From the sequence record MN850614.1: a DNA stretch of 64,000 bases, one strand, 5' to 3'. The number at the start of each line of letters is the position of its first letter. The stretch's first letter is position 1. Source of the DNA: Escherichia phage adrianh. Below the pieces are notes generated by a model, which saw nothing but the letters and a program-made list of their open reading frames with translations, did no database searches and had not been told where the DNA came from. A program made the position numbers and the translations under genes. Positions 9,605-18,235 of the stretch are shown one piece after another.

Positions 9605-9949
9605 ATGGACAACCTTTCCATATGGTTTAACAAGAAACCTGTACAACCGAAATACTTACAAGTTGCCTATACAGACATCCTTGAAGTTCTCGGTAAAGAA
9701 AAGTTTGAAAAGTTTTGTGAAGGCATCTACAATCATCACTGCCAATTTGCTACAAAAGAATGTATGTTTGTCATAGAACAGTTCTTTGGCAGAGACCCAG
9801 ATGACTACGAAGAGATTAGCTTTGTAATGAAATACATGATAGAGTATATTGAAAATCGTGGATTCGAAGTTAATCCTGAATTTTATGAGCACGAGGGTGT
9901 ACCTTTAGCAAAAGGTTTTGATGGAATACTTGTTAGCTGGACTTGGTGA
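9605..9949 (+). CDS. Hypothetical protein
   Basis: 114 aa ORF. Confidence 0.45.
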   Translation: MDNLSIWFNKKPVQPKYLQVAYTDILEVLGKEKFEKFCEGIYNHHCQFATKECMFVIEQFFGRDPDDYEEISFVMKYMIEYIENRGFEVNPEFYEHEGVPLAKGFDGILVSWTW

Positions 9950-10290
9950 AAATTATGAAAATCAAAGAAATGAACATCAATATTGTCTTAGAAGAACGCT
10001 GGGAGAACATCAAGAAGCCTGAAAATGGTCATAAGTTCCTCAACAAAATCTTAGTAGCAGCTAAAGAGGAACTGACTGGCAAGGTTGCAGCGGCAATCAC
10101 AATAAAGGTGTGTGTGAAAGGTCTTCCAGACAATCACCAATTTGCACTTGACGAGTTTAAAGAAAGCTTCTACAATCCAAACAAACAGATGCTTGAAAGT
10201 AACTTTGCAGTATCTACAAGTATCGTCCATGACAGAAGCTTTATCCTTTACAAGAATATGAGAGGTGAGTTATGCAAGCATATTGGATAG
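9943..10290 (+). CDS. Hypothetical protein
   Basis: 115 aa ORF. Confidence 0.45.
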   Translation: MVKIMKIKEMNINIVLEERWENIKKPENGHKFLNKILVAAKEELTGKVAAAITIKVCVKGLPDNHQFALDEFKESFYNPNKQMLESNFAVSTSIVHDRSFILYKNMRGELCKHIG

Positions 10291-10448
10291 AAATTTTACT
10301 GTCACTTGGTAGTGTAGCAGTGTTCGTATACCTTCTTTGCAAGTACTACGCAGAGCACAAAAAATGTGACTTCTGTAATGGGGAAGGTTATACAAGAGTA
10401 GGCTGTTGCCCTATATGTGGTGGTTCTGGTAAAATGTTTAATAAGTAA
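10272..10448 (+). CDS. Small membrane protein with CxxCxGxG zinc-ribbon (hypothetical)
   Basis: 58-codon ORF below track cutoff; GAGGTGAG RBS; hydrophobic N-term then CDFCNGEG..CPICGGSG. Confidence 0.45.
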   Translation: MQAYWIEILLSLGSVAVFVYLLCKYYAEHKKCDFCNGEGYTRVGCCPICGGSGKMFNK

Positions 10449-10476
10449 TTTAACAGCAAACTAAGAGGAAAGTATT

Positions 10477-12843
10477 ATGCGCATGGTAAATGACCACGCA
10501 GAAGTGATTAAGAGTTCAACTTCTTTAGAGACGTCTCAAGCACAGATTACAATGACACCCGAAATGTTCAGCCTTTTGAGTTCTGGTGTATACACCTTTA
10601 AAGAAAGGGCAGTTATTCGTGAACTGTCATGTAACGCAGTAGATGCTCAGAAAGAGGCTGGAAAAGAGAACATTCCGTTCCATGTGCATTTACCTACTCG
10701 TTTTGAGCCTTACTTTGAAGTTCGTGATTTTGGAACTGGATTGACTCATGATAAAGTTATGAGTTTGTATCTAAACTACGGGGCTTCTACGAAGAATGAC
10801 TCTAATGACTACATTGGTGCAATGGGTATCGGCTCAAAATCCCCATTTGCAATTGCTCAGTCATTCACAGTGTCCAGTTATGTTGATGGTGTTGTTAATA
10901 AGTACTCTGTTTATCTTGAGAATGGTATTCCTCAAGTAACTAAGCTGACCACCAACCCAACAAAAGAACCTAATGGTTTAGCTGTACGTGTAGCAGTTGC
11001 TGACCATCGTATCTCAAAGTTCTTTGAAGAGGCTGGTCACGTATACTCATACTTTGCTGTAAAACCGGAAAGTAATATCGAGTATGACGATGTATTGTCA
11101 GATATGAACGTCATTGCCCGTGAAGAAGGTGTTTATGATGCCATGATTCATAAGCAAAGCTGGCGTTCTAGTGGTAACAGGACAGAGTTTAATGTAGTGA
11201 TGGGTAACATTGCCTACCCTGTTAACATGGAAGCATTACTTGGTGATGATTTCTTCAAAGTCTTGCCAGAATTTTTCCGTAGGAGCGTAGACCTTGTAAA
11301 CATCTATATGCCTATTGGTTCAGTTGCTATTGCAGCTTCTCGTGAAGCATTGCAGATGAATGATACAACAAAAAATGTTATCATTGAGGCTACTAAAAAG
11401 ATAACTGAAGCAATTACAAAGGATGTTATCAAGAAAGTTAACAACCAACCTACACTCATGGATGCTGCACAGGCTTATGCTGAGTTACGTTTGAACTCAC
11501 GAGAGATGTTTAATGCTGTGTGTCCAAAGCTAGAGTGGGGAGGCATTAAGCTTGATTCTCTGGAAGAAGAATTACTAAACATTCGTCGTGGGATTATCTA
11601 CGCAGAAGACGGCTCAGTCATTTATGAACGTGACGGTAAAGGTAATATCAAGGTTGATAGGAACGGGAACAATATCCCTAAAGTGGATTATCTTTATAAT
11701 CCAGTTGCTTATGTCAAGTTCAACTCTTTAGAGAGTAAGATTCGTGCAACAGCACTTTCCTACACTCAAGAGGCAAGTATGTTCAATATCTTTGGTGCAA
11801 TGCGTAAAAGCCAAATTGAACAGTTTTTGTTCGTGATTAATGACCGTCGTAATAAAAATGGCACTGAGAAGACTGTAGGCCGCAATCAGATTCTGCGTGG
11901 TGCATGTCGAGACTACGCTAACGAGTCAAGCCTGTTCCACAGATACAATGGTATTGTGTTTGTATTCTCGACTGAAAAAGAGTTAGATGATTTAATCAAT
12001 CTACACAAGCTTGATAAAAGTTTGTTAAAGATTGTGAAGATGTCTGATAAGGAACACCATTATCAGCGTAAAGAAGCTGTGAGGGGTGTTGTAAAACTCT
12101 GGAAAGCTGTTCCATCAGAAACTAAAGCTTCATACACAGAGGTGTCAGAAGACCTAGATACAATTGAAGAACCCCAGCTTTATATCAAGGCAGTAGGCGA
12201 CACAGTTGATGGTGAATGTTTTTGCTCATCCCCAGAAGATGTAGCTAAAACAATTGCTAATGTTATAGGAAAAACAGTCTATGTTTTCCGAAAAGCAAAT
12301 TGGAAAAAGATACCAGAAGACTGGATTGAAGTAGATGAGAAGCTATTGAATGACAGCTTAACTGATGTTCACTGGATTAATCATAACAGGTATATGACAC
12401 GTATCTATATGAATGGTGTCCTTGACCTTACAAGTAGTTGGATTATTGCCAGAAACTTTACGTTTAATAACAAGAAGATTTCTCGCGGGTATTGCTATTC
12501 ACGAGATACAAACAAAACCATCTTCTTAGAAGGTAATGAGAATGCTGTTGAGGCAATGTTTGGTAAGATTCAGTATGTGGCTGCACCGTTTGCATACACT
12601 TACACTATCAGTGTTCTTCAGGATTTGAAGTCATGCCTTGACAATGATACAAAACTGTACAAAAAGATTAAGAAAGCGGGTGACCGCATGGTTATCAAAC
12701 TGACAAACTATCTTTCAAAAAGAAAACAAGAAAACTTCTTGCTTTCTCATTTAGATTGGAATAAAGTGTCACCCATCGAAGTGAGTAAGTTCTTAGGTTT
12801 TGATGTGAAGTGTGTTCCAGAAGGAACTACAATTTACGATTAA
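10477..12843 (+). CDS. rIIA: GHKL-ATPase protein, rIIA-like
   Basis: 788 aa; N-box ELSCNAVDA, G1 box DFGTGL, G2 box GAMGIGSKS; large size and position before rIIB-like gene. Confidence 0.55.
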   Translation: MRMVNDHAEVIKSSTSLETSQAQITMTPEMFSLLSSGVYTFKERAVIRELSCNAVDAQKEAGKENIPFHVHLPTRFEPYFEVRDFGTGLTHDKVMSLYLNYGASTKNDSNDYIGAMGIGSKSPFAIAQSFTVSSYVDGVVNKYSVYLENGIPQVTKLTTNPTKEPNGLAVRVAVADHRISKFFEEAGHVYSYFAVKPESNIEYDDVLSDMNVIAREEGVYDAMIHKQSWRSSGNRTEFNVVMGNIAYPVNMEALLGDDFFKVLPEFFRRSVDLVNIYMPIGSVAIAASREALQMNDTTKNVIIEATKKITEAITKDVIKKVNNQPTLMDAAQAYAELRLNSREMFNAVCPKLEWGGIKLDSLEEELLNIRRGIIYAEDGSVIYERDGKGNIKVDRNGNNIPKVDYLYNPVAYVKFNSLESKIRATALSYTQEASMFNIFGAMRKSQIEQFLFVINDRRNKNGTEKTVGRNQILRGACRDYANESSLFHRYNGIVFVFSTEKELDDLINLHKLDKSLLKIVKMSDKEHHYQRKEAVRGVVKLWKAVPSETKASYTEVSEDLDTIEEPQLYIKAVGDTVDGECFCSSPEDVAKTIANVIGKTVYVFRKANWKKIPEDWIEVDEKLLNDSLTDVHWINHNRYMTRIYMNGVLDLTSSWIIARNFTFNNKKISRGYCYSRDTNKTIFLEGNENAVEAMFGKIQYVAAPFAYTYTISVLQDLKSCLDNDTKLYKKIKKAGDRMVIKLTNYLSKRKQENFLLSHLDWNKVSPIEVSKFLGFDVKCVPEGTTIYD

Positions 12844-12848
12844 AGTGT

Positions 12849-12878
12849 TTGACAAGGGGCTTCGAAGCCCCTTAGAAT
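12849..12878 (+). promoter_or_regulatory. Sigma70-like promoter with hairpin in spacer
   Basis: TTGACA, 18 nt spacer containing AGGGGCTTCGAAGCCCCT hairpin, then TAGAAT. Confidence 0.45.
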
Positions 12879-12922
12879 AGCCTTACAAAATGATTTATTA
12901 ACTAACAAGAGAGAGTAATAAG

Positions 12923-14032
12923 ATGACTACTAAAACTAAAGCACAGATTGACGCAGAAATTTACGAACTGGTTAAAGAAGGTAAGCTGACTAAAACAGCT
13001 ATTGCACAGAAGTTCAATACTTCAACCCGTTCAGTTGGTCGTGCTGTAGAGCGTCATGAAGCAACCTTAAAAGGTAAGAAAAAGGTAGCTTCTAAACCAG
13101 CTACGAAGACTTTGAAGCAAGTTGCTAAATCAGTTAAAAAGAAAGCTGACAAACCAGTTGAAAAGGTTGTTAAAGAGCCTGTACAGAAAGCTCCGGTAAA
13201 TAAACTGCATGAAGCTATGCAGAATGGCAACCAGATTGAGTACATGATTACTGGCGACTCTGTTATCATGACTTTCGGTGCAGATTCTGAAATCGTTGAA
13301 TCTACCCATCCGAACTACAAAGAAATCGTGATGGCTGTTGTATCCGGTGAGTATAAGAAAGCTTTCGAACTGATGAACATTCGTAAGTCTATCGAAAACT
13401 TCACTCAGGGTGCTATCACCATCAAAGGTGACAAGTTATTCTATGGTGCTGTTGAGATGCGTTCTACTCTGGTTGACCGTATTCTTCACATGATGAAGAC
13501 TGGAGATAAGGGTTTTGAACGCCTTGTGATGTTCTTCGAAAAACTGATGGAAAACCCATCTAAAGACTCTGTAGAACAACTTTGGGGATTCGTATCTCAC
13601 CTTGATGTTGAAATTGATGAAGAAGGCTACATCATTGGTTGGAAGAAAGTCTCTACTCATGAAGGCAAGCTGGTTGACTCCCACACCTACAGAGTACCTA
13701 ATGATTTGGGTAACATTGTAGAAATGCCACGTTGGATGGTTGATAATAACCGTAACGTGACTTGCTCTCAGGGTCTTCACGTTGGTGCTTGGGATTATGT
13801 TCGTTGCTTCTCAGGTGATACAATCCTGAAGGTTCGTGTCCATCCACGAGATGTTGTATCTGTTCCAACTGATTACAACGATATGAAGATGCGTTCGTCT
13901 CGTTATGAAGTTGCAGCAATCGTTGATAATCAACGTAAAGTGCTGAAAGAATGGGATGGCAAGACTGAAGCTTTGCATGTCATCGTTGGCACTGCTGGTG
14001 AACTAATCTCCCAACGTAAACGTGAAATCTAA
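12923..14032 (+). CDS. rIIB: rIIB-like protein (by synteny)
   Basis: 369 aa, directly downstream of rIIA-like gene; Lys-rich linker; no diagnostic motif. Confidence 0.35.
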   Translation: MTTKTKAQIDAEIYELVKEGKLTKTAIAQKFNTSTRSVGRAVERHEATLKGKKKVASKPATKTLKQVAKSVKKKADKPVEKVVKEPVQKAPVNKLHEAMQNGNQIEYMITGDSVIMTFGADSEIVESTHPNYKEIVMAVVSGEYKKAFELMNIRKSIENFTQGAITIKGDKLFYGAVEMRSTLVDRILHMMKTGDKGFERLVMFFEKLMENPSKDSVEQLWGFVSHLDVEIDEEGYIIGWKKVSTHEGKLVDSHTYRVPNDLGNIVEMPRWMVDNNRNVTCSQGLHVGAWDYVRCFSGDTILKVRVHPRDVVSVPTDYNDMKMRSSRYEVAAIVDNQRKVLKEWDGKTEALHVIVGTAGELISQRKREI

Positions 14033-14047
14033 TAAGTAATTTCTTAA

Positions 14048-14072
14048 AAGGCTGCTTCGGCGGCCTTTTTTA
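14048..14072 (+). terminator. Rho-independent terminator (UUCG tetraloop)
   Basis: GGCTGC TTCG GCGGCC then TTTTTT. Confidence 0.6.
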
Positions 14073-14132
14073 TTTGTATTTTGTGCAGAGTGCTGTATAA
14101 TTGTTGTCACGATAAACTAAACAGGAGAACCA

Positions 14133-14681
14133 ATGAAGAAATTGATTCTAGGTTTGTGCTTAATGTTTACAGCACACTTATCTTATGCAGTTGACTGCCC
14201 AGAGCTATCAATTAGCCAAAAAGTAAACATGTTAAAAGCTTACCAGTATGGTGAGAATAACATGGGTAAAGGTTGGGGTATCACTCTAGCTGCTATAGCC
14301 TTACAAGAGTCAGAGTTAGGTCTGAAGGTAGAGAATAAAAAGACACATGATTATGGTATCTTCCAGAATCACTTGAAGACTGTTGTAAAGCGTAACAAAA
14401 TCAGTCCTAATGTGGCTAAAAAGAAACTCTTAAAAGACTTTGACTATGCTGCTAAGGAAACTCACAAAGAGCTTGAGTTTTGGACAAAGGTGCATGGTCA
14501 GCCAAAGTCAAAGAAGACTTTACAAAAAGTCTTAGCATCATATAATGCTGGGTATTCGTACAGAATCCCTAAAGCTAAGAAATATTCTCAAGATGTTTAT
14601 AACAATATGAAAGTAATTGCTCAATGTGAATTTGCAACAAACATTTCTAAGGTAAACCATGAAAAAATTAAGAAAGTCTGA
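14133..14681 (+). CDS. Secreted lytic transglycosylase (SLT domain)
   Basis: Signal-peptide-like N-terminus; SLT motifs LQESELG, GIFQ, SYNAGY. Confidence 0.55.
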   Translation: MKKLILGLCLMFTAHLSYAVDCPELSISQKVNMLKAYQYGENNMGKGWGITLAAIALQESELGLKVENKKTHDYGIFQNHLKTVVKRNKISPNVAKKKLLKDFDYAAKETHKELEFWTKVHGQPKSKKTLQKVLASYNAGYSYRIPKAKKYSQDVYNNMKVIAQCEFATNISKVNHEKIKKV

Positions 14682-15354
14682 TGAAGTATTGTGCCATGCT
14701 TATGACTTACATCCTCATGAGTTAGTTCTTGATTCCTGTGTATGGACTCCAGAACAGTGCAGGGATTTTGAAGACACCGCAAGAGAAGTTGTATGTTCAC
14801 TTGAAGAGTTCCACACATCAGAGCCAATTGTGAATGTTGTAGATAAAGAGACTGGACAAACTATAGGTGTAAGTCGTGATAGCTTAGTCATAGTCAATAA
14901 AGACCTTGTAGAAAAAGGTAACCTCATCTTAGCAGATATTGATGGTGTTCTTACAAATTTTAATCACGAAGATTGCTCAACGGAATTGACTGATGGGTCA
15001 TTCTCACAGTACACTAATCTTCTTGACTCTGTAAGAGCAAAACCAACGTATGTCTTTAGTATTATTGATGCAATTGCTAATCATGCTGCCATTGGACTCT
15101 TGACAGCGAGAGGTGAATCTCAGAGAATACCTACTGAGATGTTTTTAAGGCACAATATAGAGCATGATTACTTGCTTTTTATGCGTGGTTTTGGAACTAA
15201 CTCTATAAGTGCAGAAAGTTTGAAAGTGAGGATGATTCAGTCTTGCATTCTTCCTTACTTTAATATAGTATGTTTTATAGAAGATACAGAGAAGAATGTT
15301 CAGAAGGTAAACAGAATCCTTCCACACATTAAAACCATGTTAGTTAAACACTGA
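14659..15354 (+). CDS. HAD-like hydrolase (hypothetical)
   Basis: 231 aa; LILADIDGVLT resembles HAD motif I (DxDG[TV]). Confidence 0.4.
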   Translation: MKKLRKSDEVLCHAYDLHPHELVLDSCVWTPEQCRDFEDTAREVVCSLEEFHTSEPIVNVVDKETGQTIGVSRDSLVIVNKDLVEKGNLILADIDGVLTNFNHEDCSTELTDGSFSQYTNLLDSVRAKPTYVFSIIDAIANHAAIGLLTARGESQRIPTEMFLRHNIEHDYLLFMRGFGTNSISAESLKVRMIQSCILPYFNIVCFIEDTEKNVQKVNRILPHIKTMLVKH

Positions 15355-15363
15355 GAGAAACTT

Positions 15364-15828
15364 ATGAACAATATCATTACGGTAGCACTGGACGTTACAG
15401 CAAACAAATCTGAAGTAGTTCGTAACATTATCAAGAGCAACTTTGAAGGTAAAATCTTCCGTGCTGTCAATGTAAAAGCAGACGGTAACATCCGGGAGTA
15501 TCGTGCTCTTCTGAATGTTAAGAAACACGTAAAAGGTGCTGGTTCAACGACTGCACACAAAGAAAACCTGATGACTATCTATGATATGGGTATGGCTTCA
15601 GAGTTAGGTACTGAAGGTATCGTTAAAGAAGGTGCTCCGTATCGCTCTTTCAATCTGGAAACTGCTCTTATGCTTTCCTTTACAAGTGGTTCTAAAACAA
15701 CTACTTATCTCTTTACTGATGCTGCAACGGTATCTGCTATCAAGGATAGCACTGTCAAAGCTGGGGTAGCTGCTGCTGCAAAAGCTTCTTCGATGGCTGC
15801 AAATGTCCTTGCTAAAGTCCTCGGTTAA
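15364..15828 (+). CDS. Hypothetical protein
   Basis: 154 aa ORF, Ala-rich C-terminus. Confidence 0.45.
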   Translation: MNNIITVALDVTANKSEVVRNIIKSNFEGKIFRAVNVKADGNIREYRALLNVKKHVKGAGSTTAHKENLMTIYDMGMASELGTEGIVKEGAPYRSFNLETALMLSFTSGSKTTTYLFTDAATVSAIKDSTVKAGVAAAAKASSMAANVLAKVLG

Positions 15829-15839
15829 GGTTAAGATAC

Positions 15840-15862
15840 AGGCTCCTTCGGGAGCCTTTTTC
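15840..15862 (+). terminator. Rho-independent terminator (UUCG tetraloop)
   Basis: AGGCTCC TTCG GGAGCCT then TTTTT. Confidence 0.6.
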
Positions 15863-15880
15863 ATTTCAGGAGATTGTTAA

Positions 15881-16228
15881 ATGACATTTAAAGAGTTCTG
15901 TCAAGCTACTTTCATAATTGTTTTCTTAGTTGGGGCAGGTGTCTGGGGAGGATACTCTTACAGAGACTATCAAGTTGCTGAAGCTGAGCTAAATAATGAG
16001 AAACTAATAAGTGTTGCCAAAGATGCTTATCAGGAAGGTTTAGCCACACTGAGCACCAATTACAAAAATGATTTGAAAGATGTGCTTGCTAAGAATAAGC
16101 ATACAAAAGAGGTACTAACGTATGAAAAGACTAAGCCAGAGTTTTATAATGTTTGTGTTACTGATAATTATGTCAGGGTGTTCAACGAACAAAGTGAGCA
16201 GTACATTCAAAAACTCCCAAGTAAGTGA
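15881..16228 (+). CDS. i-spanin-like protein (N-terminal TM, coiled-coil)
   Basis: 115 aa; hydrophobic N-terminus then charged helical region; overlaps next lipoprotein ORF. Confidence 0.4.
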   Translation: MTFKEFCQATFIIVFLVGAGVWGGYSYRDYQVAEAELNNEKLISVAKDAYQEGLATLSTNYKNDLKDVLAKNKHTKEVLTYEKTKPEFYNVCVTDNYVRVFNEQSEQYIQKLPSK

Positions 16229-16391
16229 GAGTGATAAGTACACTCAAGAAGAATCACGGTATATCATCAAAGGCAACACAGGTAGTGATGTAGCAGCAGC
16301 ACTTGAGTTCTACCGTGACGGATTTTACCAGTGTACAATCAAAGCTAATAACCTTATTGACATGATTTTATTAGGGAATAAGCAGCAATGA
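16122..16391 (+). CDS. o-spanin-like lipoprotein
   Basis: 89 aa; signal peptide with lipobox-like IIMSGC; start embedded in upstream ORF in another frame. Confidence 0.4.
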   Translation: MKRLSQSFIMFVLLIIMSGCSTNKVSSTFKNSQVSESDKYTQEESRYIIKGNTGSDVAAALEFYRDGFYQCTIKANNLIDMILLGNKQQ

Positions 16392-16657
16392 CAGAGAACG
16401 AAGATACTTTCTATGTAGAAGGGTACTTACTGCTACCACGACCAAAAGAAACTTATATGCGGGTTGATTTCTCACCAACCATTATGGATAACGTGATGTG
16501 TCATATCTTTATGCAAGGTGTCACAGCACAACTTAAGCATGTTGGTAAAGAGTGCAAAATAAAGGTTGACACTCATCCAGAAATCAAAGAGAATCACTAC
16601 ACATGGTTCTTACCAGACTCTAAAGAAATCTTAGCAGTTCTTAAAACGAGGAAGTAG
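16388..16657 (+). CDS. Hypothetical protein
   Basis: 89 aa ORF. Confidence 0.4.
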   Translation: MTENEDTFYVEGYLLLPRPKETYMRVDFSPTIMDNVMCHIFMQGVTAQLKHVGKECKIKVDTHPEIKENHYTWFLPDSKEILAVLKTRK

Positions 16658-16659
16658 CT

Positions 16660-16986
16660 ATGCAGATTAATGGAAGAGACTTTGTAGCCGTTTACTATGA
16701 TAACGATAAAGAAGTTGGTGTAGCACAGGTAACCTATGGCAATGGTAAGTGGCTATATGGAACAATCGCAGTAGTAGGAACAAGAAGTGATACAAAAACT
16801 TTTAAAGATTGTGTTGACCTTCTTGAAGAATCCATCCACAATCATTGGTGTCTGATATGGATGACTGACAATGAAGTGATGGAACGTTTCAAAAAGATTG
16901 ATATCAACATAGACAGCATTGAGCATGTTGACTTGTATGAACTGACTGAGAAGGTAAATTATGAAAGTAATTCTAGCCAGAGATAA
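16660..16986 (+). CDS. Hypothetical protein
   Basis: 108 aa ORF. Confidence 0.4.
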   Translation: MQINGRDFVAVYYDNDKEVGVAQVTYGNGKWLYGTIAVVGTRSDTKTFKDCVDLLEESIHNHWCLIWMTDNEVMERFKKIDINIDSIEHVDLYELTEKVNYESNSSQR

Positions 16987-17188
16987 AAAGACACGGAAAA
17001 TTATCCGGTCAGCAGTATTTATTGGAAGAAATGAAGTGATTCCTTTTACAGCAAATGATGTGATAGTCTACAGGAAAAAATTAGCATTCAGTTATTGCTT
17101 ACGTGGCTTTATCTCCCAGCCATTAGAAGATTTTAAAAATCGTTGTGGTAAAGGCATCATCATTCAAGAGGCAATTATTCATGGCTGA
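16961..17188 (+). CDS. Hypothetical protein
   Basis: 75 aa ORF. Confidence 0.3.
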   Translation: MKVILARDKKTRKIIRSAVFIGRNEVIPFTANDVIVYRKKLAFSYCLRGFISQPLEDFKNRCGKGIIIQEAIIHG

Positions 17189-17381
17189 CTTCTGCAAAGA
17201 CTGTGCTATCGAGATGTTTGGACGTGATACAGGTGATTTAAAAGGTCTTATCACTGAAGATGACTTTAAAGCTGGCTATGCAATGCCAGTAATCTGTGAA
17301 GGTTGTGGATGTATCTGGGTAGACCACGAAGGACAGCGTGTAAAACCTTCAGAAGATAAAGAATCTTGGGAGAGATGCTAA
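17181..17381 (+). CDS. Small Cys-rich protein (CxxC..CxxC)
   Basis: Track ORF 17145..17381; ATG at 17181; CKDC and CEGCGC motifs. Confidence 0.4.
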   Translation: MADFCKDCAIEMFGRDTGDLKGLITEDDFKAGYAMPVICEGCGCIWVDHEGQRVKPSEDKESWERC

Positions 17382-18167
17382 ATGGGTATTGTAAAAATCA
17401 TCAATGGTGATATCTTTGCAGCATTTGATAAAGGTAAGTTTGATGTCATCGGTCACGGTTGCAACTGTATGAACTTAATGGGCGCAGGTATCGCTGACAA
17501 GATTTCCAAACTTTACCCAAAAGCATATGAGACCGACACAGAAGTTTATATGTATGCAGGTGGTATAGGACACAAACCCTGTGAAAATTTACTGGGTAAT
17601 TTCTCTGTAGCACGTTTAAAACAAGGTCGTATAGCTAACCTTTACACTCAGCTTAAGACTGGTAAAGATGCCCGATACAGTGCTTTAGAGTCATCTTTGA
17701 AGCAGCTTAACAGATACTGTGAAGTCAATCAGTTGAAGAAAGTAGGGTTACCTATGATTGGTGCAGGTATCGGTGGGCTAGACCCTCAAGCCGTCACAGT
17801 TATCATTAATCAGGTGATGAAGAGTGTAGATGTGTATCTATATGTCTATGAAGGAGAGATGTACCACAAGTTATGCTCAGGTTGGAAGAACTACTGTGAA
17901 CCAGAATACTTTGCAGGTGTAGCAGTGTTCACGGATAATGCAGTTACCCTCTTCAGACGAAGAAAGGGTAAGATACATCAAAGTAACCCTCCGGTTGAAA
18001 AGATGTCTCTAAGTAACGCTCTAGTTACCCACCTGTCGAAGAGCAATCACAGAATTGCAGTAACATTTGGCAGTGATGCAGATGCTTATATCTATGCAAG
18101 AACTGATGAGGATATCGAGTTAATCTTCTCTTCACCAGAGCTTACCTTCTTAGACGCAAAGAACTAA
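17382..18167 (+). CDS. Macro-domain protein (ADP-ribose binding/processing)
   Basis: 261 aa; N-terminal GDI..GHGCNCMNLMGAGIA and later GAGIGG resemble macro-domain glycine loops. Confidence 0.55.
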   Translation: MGIVKIINGDIFAAFDKGKFDVIGHGCNCMNLMGAGIADKISKLYPKAYETDTEVYMYAGGIGHKPCENLLGNFSVARLKQGRIANLYTQLKTGKDARYSALESSLKQLNRYCEVNQLKKVGLPMIGAGIGGLDPQAVTVIINQVMKSVDVYLYVYEGEMYHKLCSGWKNYCEPEYFAGVAVFTDNAVTLFRRRKGKIHQSNPPVEKMSLSNALVTHLSKSNHRIAVTFGSDADAYIYARTDEDIELIFSSPELTFLDAKN

Positions 18168-18235
18168 GAAACTTCGTAGTATATTCACAATAGACTAAGC
18201 CTTTCTTATCTGGTAAATTTTTCAGGTAAGGAGGG

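Noticed and set aside
9558-9776. Overlapping alternative-frame ORFs (9558-9776, 24427-24648, 5032-5110 portion, 8221-8403)
   Set aside because: Each overlaps a better-supported ORF in another frame and lacks its own RBS.
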